The translations under genes were made by a program, and so were the position numbers. The notes below the pieces were generated by a model. It searched no databases. It had not been told where the DNA came from and was given only the letters and a program-made list of their open reading frames with translations. This document shows, piece after piece, positions 1 through 9,458 of a stretch of 64,000 nucleotides of DNA. Source of the stretch: a virus (Duplodnaviria > Caudoviricetes); the IMG/VR virus record IMGVR_UViG_3300005683_000068, positions 10,218 to 74,217 of that record; one strand, given 5' to 3'. Positions within the stretch are counted from its first letter, which is position 1; every line of letters begins with the position of its first letter.

Positions 1-52
1 TTAGAGCACGCAAAGCTGGTTTGTTATCTGAAGTAATAACAGCTTCTGGCAT
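1..52 (-). CDS. 5' end of a virion gene running off the left edge (MPEAVITSDNKPALRAL...)
   Basis: ATG at 52-50 just after the stop of the gp36-like gene; frame open to the window edge. Confidence 0.4.
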   Translation of the reverse strand, partial: MPEAVITSDNKPALRAL

Positions 53-56
53 GACA

Positions 57-566
57 TTACCACAGTCCCGGCATACCTGCTGGATTACGTTTCACTCCAT
101 CGACAGGGTAAGCTCTTGTGCTTTCCTCAAGATCAACTCTAATCGGTGCATCCACTTTCGATACTTCTGGTTTGAAGTTGGTCACGGATGGTAAATGATC
201 GAAACTAGGATTCTGCTCTGGTACTTCAAACCTACCAAACTTTATCTCAGCTAATTGTTGCCGATAAGTTTGAACCTCATCAATGATTGCCGGAGGTGGT
301 GGATTGCCCCGCCTGGCGATTAGATACCAACAAGCCAAATAAGCATTACACCATTTACACCATGCATTCCCTGACAATTGACTCAGAATGTACTGCTTGC
401 AAAGACTTTGATTCATCTCAACCGCAGCACGTTCTATAGCCCCTGTAATGTATGCCGTCTGTGCTGGAGATTCTACTCCTGTTCTGTCATCATCAATACA
501 AGCTAGAATAAAAGGTTCACCAATGATACTAGCAATATCATTTCGATTGCAGTAGGTTGTGGTCAT
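57..566 (-). CDS. Head-tail connector, Mu gp36/DUF1320-like
   Basis: N-terminal 'YCNRNDI...G', 'AAVEMNQSL...Y' and 'LAEIKFG' resemble Mu gp36 adaptors; lies downstream of the major capsid gene. Confidence 0.7.
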   Translation of the reverse strand: MTTTYCNRNDIASIIGEPFILACIDDDRTGVESPAQTAYITGAIERAAVEMNQSLCKQYILSQLSGNAWCKWCNAYLACWYLIARRGNPPPPAIIDEVQTYRQQLAEIKFGRFEVPEQNPSFDHLPSVTNFKPEVSKVDAPIRVDLEESTRAYPVDGVKRNPAGMPGLW

Positions 567-925
567 TAGGTCTTTCCTACTACATCAACTGTACCATTAG
601 TATTTGGAACAAGTTTGATAAAACCAAACGGATGGATTTTAGTAATATCAAACACATTCCATTTAGATGCAACTACTGTAACCACACCATTAGTTCCAAT
701 GCTATCAACCAGTACATAGGTTCCAGCAGCAGCATCAGAAGCATACACAGAAAGACTAGTAATGCCGGCTGAAGGCTTGGCTGCAATAGCCTGATAGTCT
801 CGAATGTCAATCTCATCACAACTGCCAAGGGTTGTATTAACTACGGCACCAAGAACTGTACCGTATCGACGCTTAATTGTCTCTGCACCAGGAGAATTAA
901 CAGGAACTAAAGTAACCACAGCCAT
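566..925 (-). CDS. Hypothetical virion protein (119 aa, beta-rich)
   Basis: TAATG coupling to the next gene; sits in the head operon. Confidence 0.6.
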   Translation of the reverse strand: MAVVTLVPVNSPGAETIKRRYGTVLGAVVNTTLGSCDEIDIRDYQAIAAKPSAGITSLSVYASDAAAGTYVLVDSIGTNGVVTVVASKWNVFDITKIHPFGFIKLVPNTNGTVDVVGKT

Positions 926-942
926 TGATTTACTCTTTATTC

Positions 943-995
943 AAAAATGTGCGAGGGGGAGGCGAGGAGTTGCAAATACAAGCCTTCCCCCTCGC
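943..995 (-). terminator. Rho-independent terminator after the capsid genes
   Basis: GCGAGGGGGA(A)GGC / GCC(T)CCCCCTCGC stem at 951-995, followed on the minus strand by ACATTTTTG. Confidence 0.75.
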
Positions 996-1013
996 ACCAG
1001 GCGAACATCCTTC

Positions 1014-1328
1014 TTATTTCTTTTTTGGAGCATTAGAAGGCATAGGGTGCATTACTTTCTTTTCCACTTCGGGCTGGGGAGCAGGCTGAGGAGTTGGCTT
1101 CTCATCCTTTGTTCCCCAATACCCATCAATCTTCTCCATAGTACCACTAGGCATCTCTTTCCTAGCATTACTAAGAAACACATCCAAACTATCTGTCTCA
1201 CTGCCAAGTTCTAAAAGTCTTGTGAGTTTACTTTTTCCTGTTCCGGTCTTGCTCAAATGACTCACCAAATCAGAAACCTCAGGCATTGTCTTAGACAGAT
1301 CATATTCCTTCTTCTTCTCCACAGCCAT
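1014..1328 (-). CDS. Hypothetical protein (104 aa, MAVEKKKEY...) downstream of MCP
   Basis: Start reassigned to ATG 1328 behind AGGAG; the upstream part of the ORF-track call looks non-coding. Confidence 0.6.
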   Translation of the reverse strand: MAVEKKKEYDLSKTMPEVSDLVSHLSKTGTGKSKLTRLLELGSETDSLDVFLSNARKEMPSGTMEKIDGYWGTKDEKPTPQPAPQPEVEKKVMHPMPSNAPKKK

Positions 1329-1426
1329 ACAAAGAACTCCTCTTAAGAAAATAAAAAGCAGGGCCGATAGCTTTGCTACCCTAGATAGCCGTTTATCGAC
1401 CCTGCCCTCTCCACCGCTACACCTCA

Positions 1427-2560
1427 TTACGGCACAACATCAGCAGTAGCAATTGCAGCCGGAACGTACAATGCAGGGAATCCATTGTGGACCGTACAAA
1501 GATTCCATCCAGAAGGATCCCAAGTAGGATAACCATAAGGATAGAAACCGCTACGGAAAGCACGAACCCCCATCGGTCCTTCCGTCACCACTTCACCACC
1601 ATTGAGATACTGAACCCACATTTGATTTGGTGAAGGGATGAAAGACACTTGATCATTCCCAATCAAGTGATCCAGTGCATAAGCACTACCATTCCAAATG
1701 TTGAGTTGGTAATCAACAACATGCCACATCAACCACGGAATGGCCCGCAGTTTGAATTCAAACCGACCAGGCCCATCCCGTGTAATCGTCTCAAACGGCG
1801 ACTGAGAGGTCCCAGCCTGTGCTTTCACATAGTCATTGTTGAGAACATATTGGATACCAACACTGTTGCAAATGGCATGTTCAATGCCCATACCAGTAAG
1901 AGCATTCATTGCATCATTGACTGAATAACAATGTGCAGGAATGTTAGTAGTGGTTGTTGCCCATGAAGCACCAATGATGTTACCCGCTCCCAACATATTC
2001 AACTGGTTCTTGTTTCCAGTAGGAACTTGGAAGTCAATGGTCTCATCACCACCTGTGAATCCTTGGCGAAGTTCATCACCATTCTGATCGAATGTATAAC
2101 TGCCACGCAAAAGAGCGGCAGTTTGGAATTCGATCATATTGGCAACCTTCTCAGCCAGAAACCGTTTCTGACGCATGATGTAGTTTTCACCCATGCTATC
2201 AACAACGGTTACAGCCTGCCCGATCTGGCGACGGTTCACCAAATCCTCATCCGTAAGAGGGATTCGTTCTGCACTGCGAGGAATAGTAAACCGAACACGT
2301 CCAACCTTTTGAGGTTTGGTGTTCATGTTTGCCGCTCCTGGCATACGACCGGATGCCAAATCCTGCGTCCGGTTAAAAACATCATAAGACCCTTCACGCA
2401 ACGGGTAATCAATCATATTACCCGATTGATTTGCAGGATCGCGAGCAGTCATTCCCCAACCGAACAGGTCAGCTAGAACCGTGCCCGGAAGTTGAATGCG
2501 GGTTACTTCTCGAAGGATTACTTCAGGAGCGAGAATCTCCTGCACACTACGACCGGCCAT
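1427..2560 (-). CDS. Major capsid protein (lambda gpE/Phage_cap_E-like)
   Basis: 377 aa; 'EFQTAALLRGSY...IDFQVP...NQL' pattern; follows the decoration and protease genes. Confidence 0.8.
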   Translation of the reverse strand: MAGRSVQEILAPEVILREVTRIQLPGTVLADLFGWGMTARDPANQSGNMIDYPLREGSYDVFNRTQDLASGRMPGAANMNTKPQKVGRVRFTIPRSAERIPLTDEDLVNRRQIGQAVTVVDSMGENYIMRQKRFLAEKVANMIEFQTAALLRGSYTFDQNGDELRQGFTGGDETIDFQVPTGNKNQLNMLGAGNIIGASWATTTTNIPAHCYSVNDAMNALTGMGIEHAICNSVGIQYVLNNDYVKAQAGTSQSPFETITRDGPGRFEFKLRAIPWLMWHVVDYQLNIWNGSAYALDHLIGNDQVSFIPSPNQMWVQYLNGGEVVTEGPMGVRAFRSGFYPYGYPTWDPSGWNLCTVHNGFPALYVPAAIATADVVP

Positions 2561-2595
2561 AATCAAGCTCTCCTATTCAAATTGATATTCAAAGA

Positions 2596-3384
2596 CTAAG
2601 CAACGGTCATTGTAGTACCACCAAGGTTCTCAACGATCCATCGCAAGGTCCCGGCAGTATCAATGTAAACACACGTAACACGACACCTACTCCCAATCTT
2701 CTGAGATGCAGTGCTATAAGTTACAGTGTCAGCACCAGCATCACCAAAAGCAATAATATCGTCAGCCGAACCAGCAGACGAAATTACCATGTTATTATCC
2801 GTCGTTTGTAGAAACTCAAACGACAATCCATTTGCCTTAGTGGGCAATGTAAATGTTGCCGCACCAGTAGCAATGAACAAGTCTCCATCGTCAGCAGCAA
2901 CCACTGTGTAGTTAGTTGATTTGATCTGACGCTTACGATGCCTGACCAAAAACAAACTGCCGTGTGGCTCGGCCTGCATCAAGTGAAAACCCGTCCTGAG
3001 CAGAACTGCAAGGGCTTGGTTATCAGAACCAACAAGATCAGCGGTGTTCTGAATCAAACCCCCCTTCAAGATACTCTTAACCTTATCAGCAGCAACACCA
3101 TACCGATCAAGCATGGTAGTGCCTTGTTCCAGAAAACCAACAGGGACCTGAGTTCCATCGTCAGCATCAGGATCATATGCATAATCCAATCCATCAGAAG
3201 CCTTGCGTCCAAGCAAGAAACCACCACGCAAGGTAGTGGTAGGAGTATTACCAGAATCAACCGTAGTTGACTTGATATGAATTTTCTGAGTAAACCGCTG
3301 ATGTTGATTGTCAGGACCGGAACCCCAAAGTTGGTATTCCTCAGTCTCTTTGATAGTATCAAATCCCGGAGTCTGGTCTGGCAT
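2596..3384 (-). CDS. Head decoration protein (gpD-like N-terminus) with a C-terminal beta-rich extension
   Basis: 'TLRGGFLLGRK..G..Y.P.A.DGTQVPVGFL' is typical of lambda-D-like proteins; lies between protease and MCP. Confidence 0.6.
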   Translation of the reverse strand: MPDQTPGFDTIKETEEYQLWGSGPDNQHQRFTQKIHIKSTTVDSGNTPTTTLRGGFLLGRKASDGLDYAYDPDADDGTQVPVGFLEQGTTMLDRYGVAADKVKSILKGGLIQNTADLVGSDNQALAVLLRTGFHLMQAEPHGSLFLVRHRKRQIKSTNYTVVAADDGDLFIATGAATFTLPTKANGLSFEFLQTTDNNMVISSAGSADDIIAFGDAGADTVTYSTASQKIGSRCRVTCVYIDTAGTLRWIVENLGGTTMTVA

Positions 3385-3435
3385 GGTTCGGCTCCCTTTC
3401 TATTGTGAGTACGCTTGCCAGCGATTAAAACGAAA

Positions 3436-5865
3436 CTAACGACGCATGGTAGTCGGCGGAGGCAGTTGCATACTGCCCCTAGGATTCACAAGTCCAATTG
3501 GACTATGTTTCACAAGTTCTTCTGCCCTAGCAGGATCAACGTGCATTGCTCCTAGCAATTGTCCATCGGGTGTTGTTTCAAAGAATTGTGTTGAATTTGC
3601 TTCCTCACGATATACAGCATTCCCATAAGCATCAGTGCCTACTTTAATCTGACCCTTTGGTGATTCTGCTTCTTTTACATCCTCTACCTCAAACTGGAGT
3701 GAAGGAGGCAAACTAGATGCCAACATCTCTGCAACCTCAACACCTGAGAAGGATGGTTTTTCCTTACCTTCAGAAAACTGGACACAGTTATCACTTGATT
3801 GATAGGAAGCAAGCAACCTATTCTTTAGTGTGGGTGGAATTTTGGCTGCATTGATTTTTGAAACAGCCTCATTTCTTGCCGTCTCATTACGGAGGTTTTC
3901 TTTCTCCTCCTCATATTGCTGAGCCTTTAGTTCAGCTTGCTTACGTTTTTCCCTCTCCTGCTGCAATTGTTCTTGCTCACGCAAGATTGCTTGTCTAACT
4001 CTAACCGGCAACGCGGCCAGGTCCTCTTCAGAGAATGGCATGGGAGCATCAGTGACATTTGCTTTGTTGTCTTCATCGTCAGGCTCCGCCTCTGCTTCAG
4101 CTTCCATTTCAGCCTTAATGCTAGAGTTAATAGCAGCAAGCAGAACATCAATACTGTGTTCATCATCAAAACAGAAATCACTAGGAAGAACAATACCTTT
4201 CTGGTTAAGACCAGCAAGCACAGCAGACAACTTGCTCTTGTCTGTTGCCTTAGGAGGCATGTCCGGATTGGTGTTCACATCCGGCTGCATTGTCTCAGGA
4301 GGTGTTGAGGATTCTGATTCGGCTGATTCCTCAGTATCCAAATCCTCAGCCTTCTTCTTCTTGGTCTGTTCATCCATTGGATTGTTGTCCTTTGGATCTT
4401 CCGCGTGCTGAGATTGCTTGTTCACTTTGCCTCCCATTTTCTTGTAAACGGATGTTACGACAGCCCAATACTTCCTGTTACCCTCGCCGCCGTATCTGTT
4501 GCCGATCACCTTCTTGGCTTTGGACCAGATTCCTTCGTCCTCTACCCAAGGGGCAGGATTACCAGTGGAACCAAATGGTTCCTTCATCATGTGCTGGCCA
4601 CCATGTTGTTTATGGAACATGGCTTCTTCACCTAGTTCATTATCTTCATCTGTCAGTCCAGCTTCAATCTTAGCTAGGACTTTATTGTGTTCTTGGACTG
4701 TGAGGTTGTCCCAATCAATACTTTCATCTTCCCCACTGGGATTGGTAACACCTGGCTTGTGAGCATCTACACTGAGGGAATTCTTATAGTGCTCATCAGG
4801 AGGCATGGTAGAAGGCGGTGTTACGTTATCCATATCCTCACCGTGTTGGGACGCTAAGGACCTCAAGTGGTTGTGAAGATCGGTATGTCCTTGACCTTCT
4901 TTAACCAGCTTGCCTCCATTGTAGTGATTCCAAGAGCCGTTGGAATAATGCTCTATCAAGCCATGCTTACCATGAGAAAAACTCCTCATGGTATCGGCTT
5001 TGCCCGTCCCCAATTGCTTAGAGGACATCTTAAATCCGTGCTTCTGAAGCAGCTTATGTCCAGTGTTACCTTCTTCATAGAACTGCTCAGAATCATCCAT
5101 ATCCTCACCGTGTTGGGAATCTTCCGCTGTATGGTAATGAGCATTTTTGCAAAGATGATCGCCAGTACAAGTAATGTTTCTGGCACTCTCACTATTGAAC
5201 TTACCATGCAATTTCCCACGGTAAGTTGTCTGTTCTTTAGAATATCGTTTTGGAATAATGCTGGAAAATGTTGCTGATTTGCCAGCGTGTTCCCCACTAT
5301 GGAACTTCACATGGAATGTTCCATAGTGATCTTTGTTAGCAACTGGTTTACCAACCTCATTGAATTGCTCAGCATCCAATGGTTCACATTCACCCTCAGT
5401 GAACTGCCAGCAATCCTCGCTCAGGGCAAGGGTTTCAATCTCGCCCTGGTGAGGATTACCCGGCAACGGAGTAAACGCGAAATGACGGATGACTGGTCCT
5501 TCATACACACCAGCCTTCTCACAGACATAGTGTGGACGGAACTCAGGACTGGTAAATCTTAGAGTACCAGCTTCCTTAGCTTTCAATACCGCTTCTGGAA
5601 CATCTTTTGCTTCCCAAGCGATAGCTCCATCCTCAATTGCTACACTAGTAATCCAGCCGGCTCCCTTTCCATCAGCAGAAGCAAACTGCTCAGTTTCATC
5701 ATCACTTGCATTGATAGGAGCGTGCTTCAAAAGCAATGGAATAGGGACACCGGCCTTGATTGCTTTGTTCGTTCCTTCAACAAAGGAACGCAATTTTTCC
5801 AAGGAGAGTCGATGCCCACGATAGACACCAGGGCCAAAAGCTGATTTTTGTTTAAGGATTGCCAT
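3436..5865 (-). CDS. Prohead protease / scaffold polyprotein (Mu gpI-like) with inserted modules
   Basis: N-terminal 'AGWI...RFTSPEF...GPVIRHFAFTPLP' protease-like domain; acidic coiled-coil C-terminus; 809 aa from ATG 5865. Confidence 0.7.
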   Translation of the reverse strand: MAILKQKSAFGPGVYRGHRLSLEKLRSFVEGTNKAIKAGVPIPLLLKHAPINASDDETEQFASADGKGAGWITSVAIEDGAIAWEAKDVPEAVLKAKEAGTLRFTSPEFRPHYVCEKAGVYEGPVIRHFAFTPLPGNPHQGEIETLALSEDCWQFTEGECEPLDAEQFNEVGKPVANKDHYGTFHVKFHSGEHAGKSATFSSIIPKRYSKEQTTYRGKLHGKFNSESARNITCTGDHLCKNAHYHTAEDSQHGEDMDDSEQFYEEGNTGHKLLQKHGFKMSSKQLGTGKADTMRSFSHGKHGLIEHYSNGSWNHYNGGKLVKEGQGHTDLHNHLRSLASQHGEDMDNVTPPSTMPPDEHYKNSLSVDAHKPGVTNPSGEDESIDWDNLTVQEHNKVLAKIEAGLTDEDNELGEEAMFHKQHGGQHMMKEPFGSTGNPAPWVEDEGIWSKAKKVIGNRYGGEGNRKYWAVVTSVYKKMGGKVNKQSQHAEDPKDNNPMDEQTKKKKAEDLDTEESAESESSTPPETMQPDVNTNPDMPPKATDKSKLSAVLAGLNQKGIVLPSDFCFDDEHSIDVLLAAINSSIKAEMEAEAEAEPDDEDNKANVTDAPMPFSEEDLAALPVRVRQAILREQEQLQQEREKRKQAELKAQQYEEEKENLRNETARNEAVSKINAAKIPPTLKNRLLASYQSSDNCVQFSEGKEKPSFSGVEVAEMLASSLPPSLQFEVEDVKEAESPKGQIKVGTDAYGNAVYREEANSTQFFETTPDGQLLGAMHVDPARAEELVKHSPIGLVNPRGSMQLPPPTTMRR
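4828..5118 (-). repeat. 24 nt identical direct repeat (ATCCATATCCTCACCGTGTTGGGA, encoding SQHGEDMD) at 4828-4851 and 5095-5118
   Basis: Read directly; period 267 nt = 89 codons, in frame. Confidence 0.9.
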
Positions 5866-5908
5866 GTGATTATTATATGTCCAATGGTTTAACAAAAGAC
5901 GTTAAAGT

Positions 5909-6187
5909 TCACCATTGCAAATCTTGGGTTGCTATTCGCAAAACATCATCAAGACTTGCTTTTGATAGCTTTGTAAATGAATCCAACCCAGAGCGTTTCA
6001 AACATTCCATTGCAATCTCTGCATCCTTAAATCGAGCAAATCTCAAATCAATAATCGAATGCCATTGATGACTTGTTCTGGTGTTTCGTTTGAAATGGGC
6101 TTCTATGTAATAACCAGGACCATTAGATTTCACAATTTTGATGCCGTGTTTTTTATCAACTTTCTCATGGTACTTTACTCGCAGCAT
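5909..6187 (-). CDS. Hypothetical protein (92 aa)
   Basis: AAGGAG RBS before ATG 6187 (MLRVKY...). Confidence 0.6.
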   Translation of the reverse strand: MLRVKYHEKVDKKHGIKIVKSNGPGYYIEAHFKRNTRTSHQWHSIIDLRFARFKDAEIAMECLKRSGLDSFTKLSKASLDDVLRIATQDLQW

Positions 6188-6485
6188 CTTCTTCTCCTTG
6201 CGGCTTCCTAATCCCTTTACGAATCTCATCTACTTGATCCGTAATCCTAAAATTGTATTGGATTATATGATTCTGATTCTCCAATATCTTTGATTGTCTA
6301 TCAATCACAAGCCACATCCCAATACAAACTAGGAGAATAATAATGATGAGGAATATACCCAACATCACTATGATTAGATGCACAAAGTAAGCAAGCCAAT
6401 CAGACACTTTGTACTGCCTGAAATAATTGAGAAACTTGTCTTCTTCAAGAATCGCTTCCGTCATCACTATCGGTTCGTCTTTCAT
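6165..6485 (-). CDS. Single-pass membrane protein (holin/spanin-like)
   Basis: Long hydrophobic stretch 'WLAYFVHLIIVMLGIFLIIIILLVCIGMWLVI'; start uncertain. Confidence 0.5.
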   Translation of the reverse strand: MKDEPIVMTEAILEEDKFLNYFRQYKVSDWLAYFVHLIIVMLGIFLIIIILLVCIGMWLVIDRQSKILENQNHIIQYNFRITDQVDEIRKGIRKPQGEEDAASKVP

Positions 6486-6888
6486 TTTGACCACCAAAGA
6501 TTGTTGTAGCTGCTTTGATATTCAACAATACCTCCTCTTTTACTCCGAGTCTTTTTCGTGTCTCTATATCAGTAAGATGCAGCTCAACAGCCCTTAAGGC
6601 ATACGCTGTTCCAGTCCTAGCTCTCCTTGTATCAGAATGCAGTCTCTGCAAAGACTCATTAAGTGTGTCCAGTAGCTTTCCTTCATTCTCAAGGTATTTA
6701 CATACCTTGTCATGGCTATCTATACTTTTTTGAAACCAAACAGGTATCCACTTCTTAAACAAACTCACCAAAACAAAAGCGACCCAAATCCACAACAGTA
6801 AAAAAGAGGTAAGAAATACAACGGCTATTCCATAGCTCGCTGTGAATTGAAGAATCCTGTCTAACGAATCTATAGGCACGTCTTGCAC
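6445..6888 (-). CDS. Membrane protein, holin-like
   Basis: N-terminal TM helix 'YGIAVVFLTSFLLLWIWVAFVLV' followed by a charged coiled-coil. Confidence 0.55.
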   Translation of the reverse strand: MQDVPIDSLDRILQFTASYGIAVVFLTSFLLLWIWVAFVLVSLFKKWIPVWFQKSIDSHDKVCKYLENEGKLLDTLNESLQRLHSDTRRARTGTAYALRAVELHLTDIETRKRLGVKEEVLLNIKAATTIFGGQNERRTDSDDGSDS

Positions 6889-6901
6889 GATTTTATCCTA
6901 T

Positions 6902-7195
6902 CTAAGGGGACCTATCAGCAACCGCAGGAAACTTACGCTGGTCATCTCTAATAGCTTTCAGCAAATCAGTCTGCTTTGACTGCTCTTGTGTTTGTTTGGT
7001 TACATCAAAGGCAATGGATTTCATTACCTCTTGCTCTGCCTCTAGGAATTTAATGTGCTGAGTCACCAAAGGTGAGAAGATATGATCGGCTGTCCAGCTT
7101 CCAGTCTTGTAAATAGCCAGACACAAAATCAAAACAAACATCGTAGGAATGCCTAGCTTCTCAGCAACCCATTTCCAATTCTCTGCACTAAACAT
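6902..7195 (-). CDS. Membrane protein, holin-like
   Basis: 'EKLGIPTMFVLILC' TM segment followed by a coiled-coil, a pattern common in small phage holins. Confidence 0.55.
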   Translation of the reverse strand: MFSAENWKWVAEKLGIPTMFVLILCLAIYKTGSWTADHIFSPLVTQHIKFLEAEQEVMKSIAFDVTKQTQEQSKQTDLLKAIRDDQRKFPAVADRSP

Positions 7196-7218
7196 AAAAA
7201 GGACCCTTGTGTAAAGAA

Positions 7219-7268
7219 CTCCTAGACTACGCCACAGAGCGAAGAATCCGTTAAACGTAGTCTAGGAG
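7219..7268. promoter_or_regulatory. 13 bp inverted repeat (CTCCTAGACTACG / CGTAGTCTAGGAG) in the intergenic gap
   Basis: Perfect stem at 7219-7231 and 7256-7268. Confidence 0.7.
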
Positions 7269-7283
7269 GGCATTCAAAACGAT

Positions 7284-7634
7284 TTAATCATCCTTTCGGT
7301 ATTTCCTTTGTTTCCTACGGACAAACATCAAAGCAGCATCCTCAACCGAATTAGGATTATAGGCTTTGAAGTCTCCGCTATGTCCTATGTTTAGATGACA
7401 GTTGCGACTAGGATACTCGCATAGTGTTTGGAAGTTGGTTTCATCTAGTTCCAATTCGGGAAATAGGTGAAACGGCTTTTTGTGATGAACCCTTACGTAC
7501 CTCTTATCCGTTTCGCCGCAAGCCTCGCAAGCCGGGTGAAGAACAAGGTATCGGTTTCTAGCTTCCTCCCAATCGGGGGAACGACCTTCCAGATTGGGAT
7601 AGACAAACCAAGTAAATAACCTAAGTAAGTTCAT
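7284..7634 (-). CDS. HNH endonuclease
   Basis: CxxC, 'VHHKKPFH...N...LC...CHLNIGH' HNH signature. Confidence 0.85.
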   Translation of the reverse strand: MNLLRLFTWFVYPNLEGRSPDWEEARNRYLVLHPACEACGETDKRYVRVHHKKPFHLFPELELDETNFQTLCEYPSRNCHLNIGHSGDFKAYNPNSVEDAALMFVRRKQRKYRKDD

Positions 7635-7848
7635 CGCAATGACACCAATCGGTAGCCAGCATATCTGTCTGGCTTGCTAACCACGGGACTAGATCGCCCT
7701 GAGCGGTTTTCATGTAGATATACGGTAGCGTCATCTTGGAATGGGAGTCCGGTATTTGTAGCTCCAAGTACATACCCTTTCCATTCCATCCGGTACGCCA
7801 GACCCTACCCCCTCTCTTCAAATGCTCTAGGGCTTGACCAAAGTTCAT
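7621..7848 (-). CDS. tad2: DUF2829 / Tad2-like (Thoeris anti-defence 2) sponge protein
   Basis: '[25 protein letters not shown]...[15 protein letters not shown]' closely matches the DUF2829 consensus; start reassigned to ATG 7848. Confidence 0.8.
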   Translation of the reverse strand: MNFGQALEHLKRGGRVWRTGWNGKGMYLELQIPDSHSKMTLPYIYMKTAQGDLVPWLASQTDMLATDWCHCDELT

Positions 7849-7849
7849 C

Positions 7850-8188
7850 TTAGCGTCTCCTATTTCTGGGAAGGATCGCAAACCGGCGTCCTCCACGAAA
7901 CACCCCGCTACGATACTGCTGAGGAGCTTGAGCCGGCATTGCACAACTACCACTCGAACATCCTCCTTGAAAGGTTGTAGAAACGAACTGCGGGGATTCC
8001 TCAGCAGTCTTAACCGGTTCCTCCTTAACTGGTTCGGGCTTCGCTATAGGCAATGTCTGTTCTATCTCCGGTACTGGCGTAAGTATCGGAGTTGAAGGAG
8101 AGGCTACCGCCTTCGGTTCCAGCGTAGTATCGCTTAGTACAAGCAAGCCCAAAGCAATCGGAATACAATACAGCATGTCTTTTATCAT
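7850..8188 (-). CDS. Exported Pro-rich protein with a GGCSSGSC motif
   Basis: Hydrophobic N-terminus, Pro/Glu linker, Cys pair and Arg-rich tail. Confidence 0.55.
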   Translation of the reverse strand: MIKDMLYCIPIALGLLVLSDTTLEPKAVASPSTPILTPVPEIEQTLPIAKPEPVKEEPVKTAEESPQFVSTTFQGGCSSGSCAMPAQAPQQYRSGVFRGGRRFAILPRNRRR

Positions 8189-8197
8189 GACCCACTC

Positions 8198-9028
8198 CTA
8201 GATAGACACTGAGTATGCCGTCATTTGCATTAGAGCAAAGCCACTAGACGGCGTGTAGCGGCCTTCCCTACCTACGGCGAACCCTCCAAATCCTAGTTCG
8301 TTTTTAGCCCCCCAACCATCTGACCAAGAATTACGAAGTCTAGGTCCGAATGAGTTTGCTTCAATCTCTACCGGATCAGCAAGATAAACTACGTGACGCC
8401 ACCAGTTGTAGGCTACCGGACACGGAAAGCCTAGTAGCAACATAGTGAAGAATTCATCGAAGTCTCCTAAGTCAACCCACTTCGTACACTTATAATTCTC
8501 GGCATCCTGTCGGTTAGCGTCATTGTCATACTGACGATTGAGGGAATTCTCTGGCCACTTATCAACTGTCGTAGCCCCGCGAGACCGCAAGACTTCTAAG
8601 GCTTCTCCTTCCCAACCGCCTCTAGACCTAAATCCAGAAGCAATACAACCTACACTGGCTGCGGATAGTTGCTTGAACGGATGCCCTTGCTTACGTCGGA
8701 AGTTAGCCGCCGCTTGGGTAGGCCCAAAGCACCAACAGTAAGGTAATCCATTCTGGTCATACGCTTTGAAATCGCAGTAATCAGAGCAGCGGGCTTTCTT
8801 CTCCTCTAGCTCTTTAATACGTGCGGACCATTCATGTCGGGGTATCTTTTTAATTCCCGACTGGGCAAATGAAATAGCATAGCCCGTAGTTACGGCATCA
8901 ATAGGTCTCGGAATAGCCGAGAGCAATCTACCCTCACCACCGGCTATTACTTGATTACCGTCACCGATCAGACTCTTGTAGTTTGAGTCATCCCAAACCA
9001 CTTCGCCTCGGTAGAGTTGACTTGGCAT
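8198..9028 (-). CDS. Papain-like (C1) cysteine peptidase
   Basis: Catalytic motifs 'DQNGLPYCW', 'WRHVVYL' and 'RNSWSDGWG'. Confidence 0.85.
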   Translation of the reverse strand: MPSQLYRGEVVWDDSNYKSLIGDGNQVIAGGEGRLLSAIPRPIDAVTTGYAISFAQSGIKKIPRHEWSARIKELEEKKARCSDYCDFKAYDQNGLPYCWCFGPTQAAANFRRKQGHPFKQLSAASVGCIASGFRSRGGWEGEALEVLRSRGATTVDKWPENSLNRQYDNDANRQDAENYKCTKWVDLGDFDEFFTMLLLGFPCPVAYNWWRHVVYLADPVEIEANSFGPRLRNSWSDGWGAKNELGFGGFAVGREGRYTPSSGFALMQMTAYSVSI

Positions 9029-9029
9029 A

Positions 9030-9458
9030 TCACTTTCCTAGGGGCTTAAGAACTTTTAGAGTTTCGACAGTGTCTTTTGGAAGGGGTTGAACTACGCCCC
9101 TGGTAGGATTAGCCGCTGCCAAGATAGGCGGTTGGACATTCTTATCCTTAGCTACTTGCCAAGCATCCTGTACCCATTGTAAATCGCGGGTAGGCTTCTC
9201 GCTATTATCAAGGACTCTCATTTCCCCGCTTTGGGATTTTACCCAATCACGTACAGACCCCGGAGCAGAAGCATCAAGAATAGTCAACTGTTCCTTAGTT
9301 AGCTGTTCCCTACGCAATACGTCTTCAAAGATAGCTACACTCAGCTTATCCGTTTTGAAAGGGGCCGTAATCGGAAAGGGAATTGGACCTTTACCGACTA
9401 GTAGGAACAGACCGCCGCCTACTAGTAGTAACCAAAAGAAGGGAAATGATCGTTTCAC
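9030..9458 (-). CDS. Membrane-anchored/exported hypothetical protein
   Basis: N-terminal hydrophobic helix; GTG start coupled to the upstream gene. Confidence 0.55.
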   Translation of the reverse strand: MKRSFPFFWLLLVGGGLFLLVGKGPIPFPITAPFKTDKLSVAIFEDVLRREQLTKEQLTILDASAPGSVRDWVKSQSGEMRVLDNSEKPTRDLQWVQDAWQVAKDKNVQPPILAAANPTRGVVQPLPKDTVETLKVLKPLGK

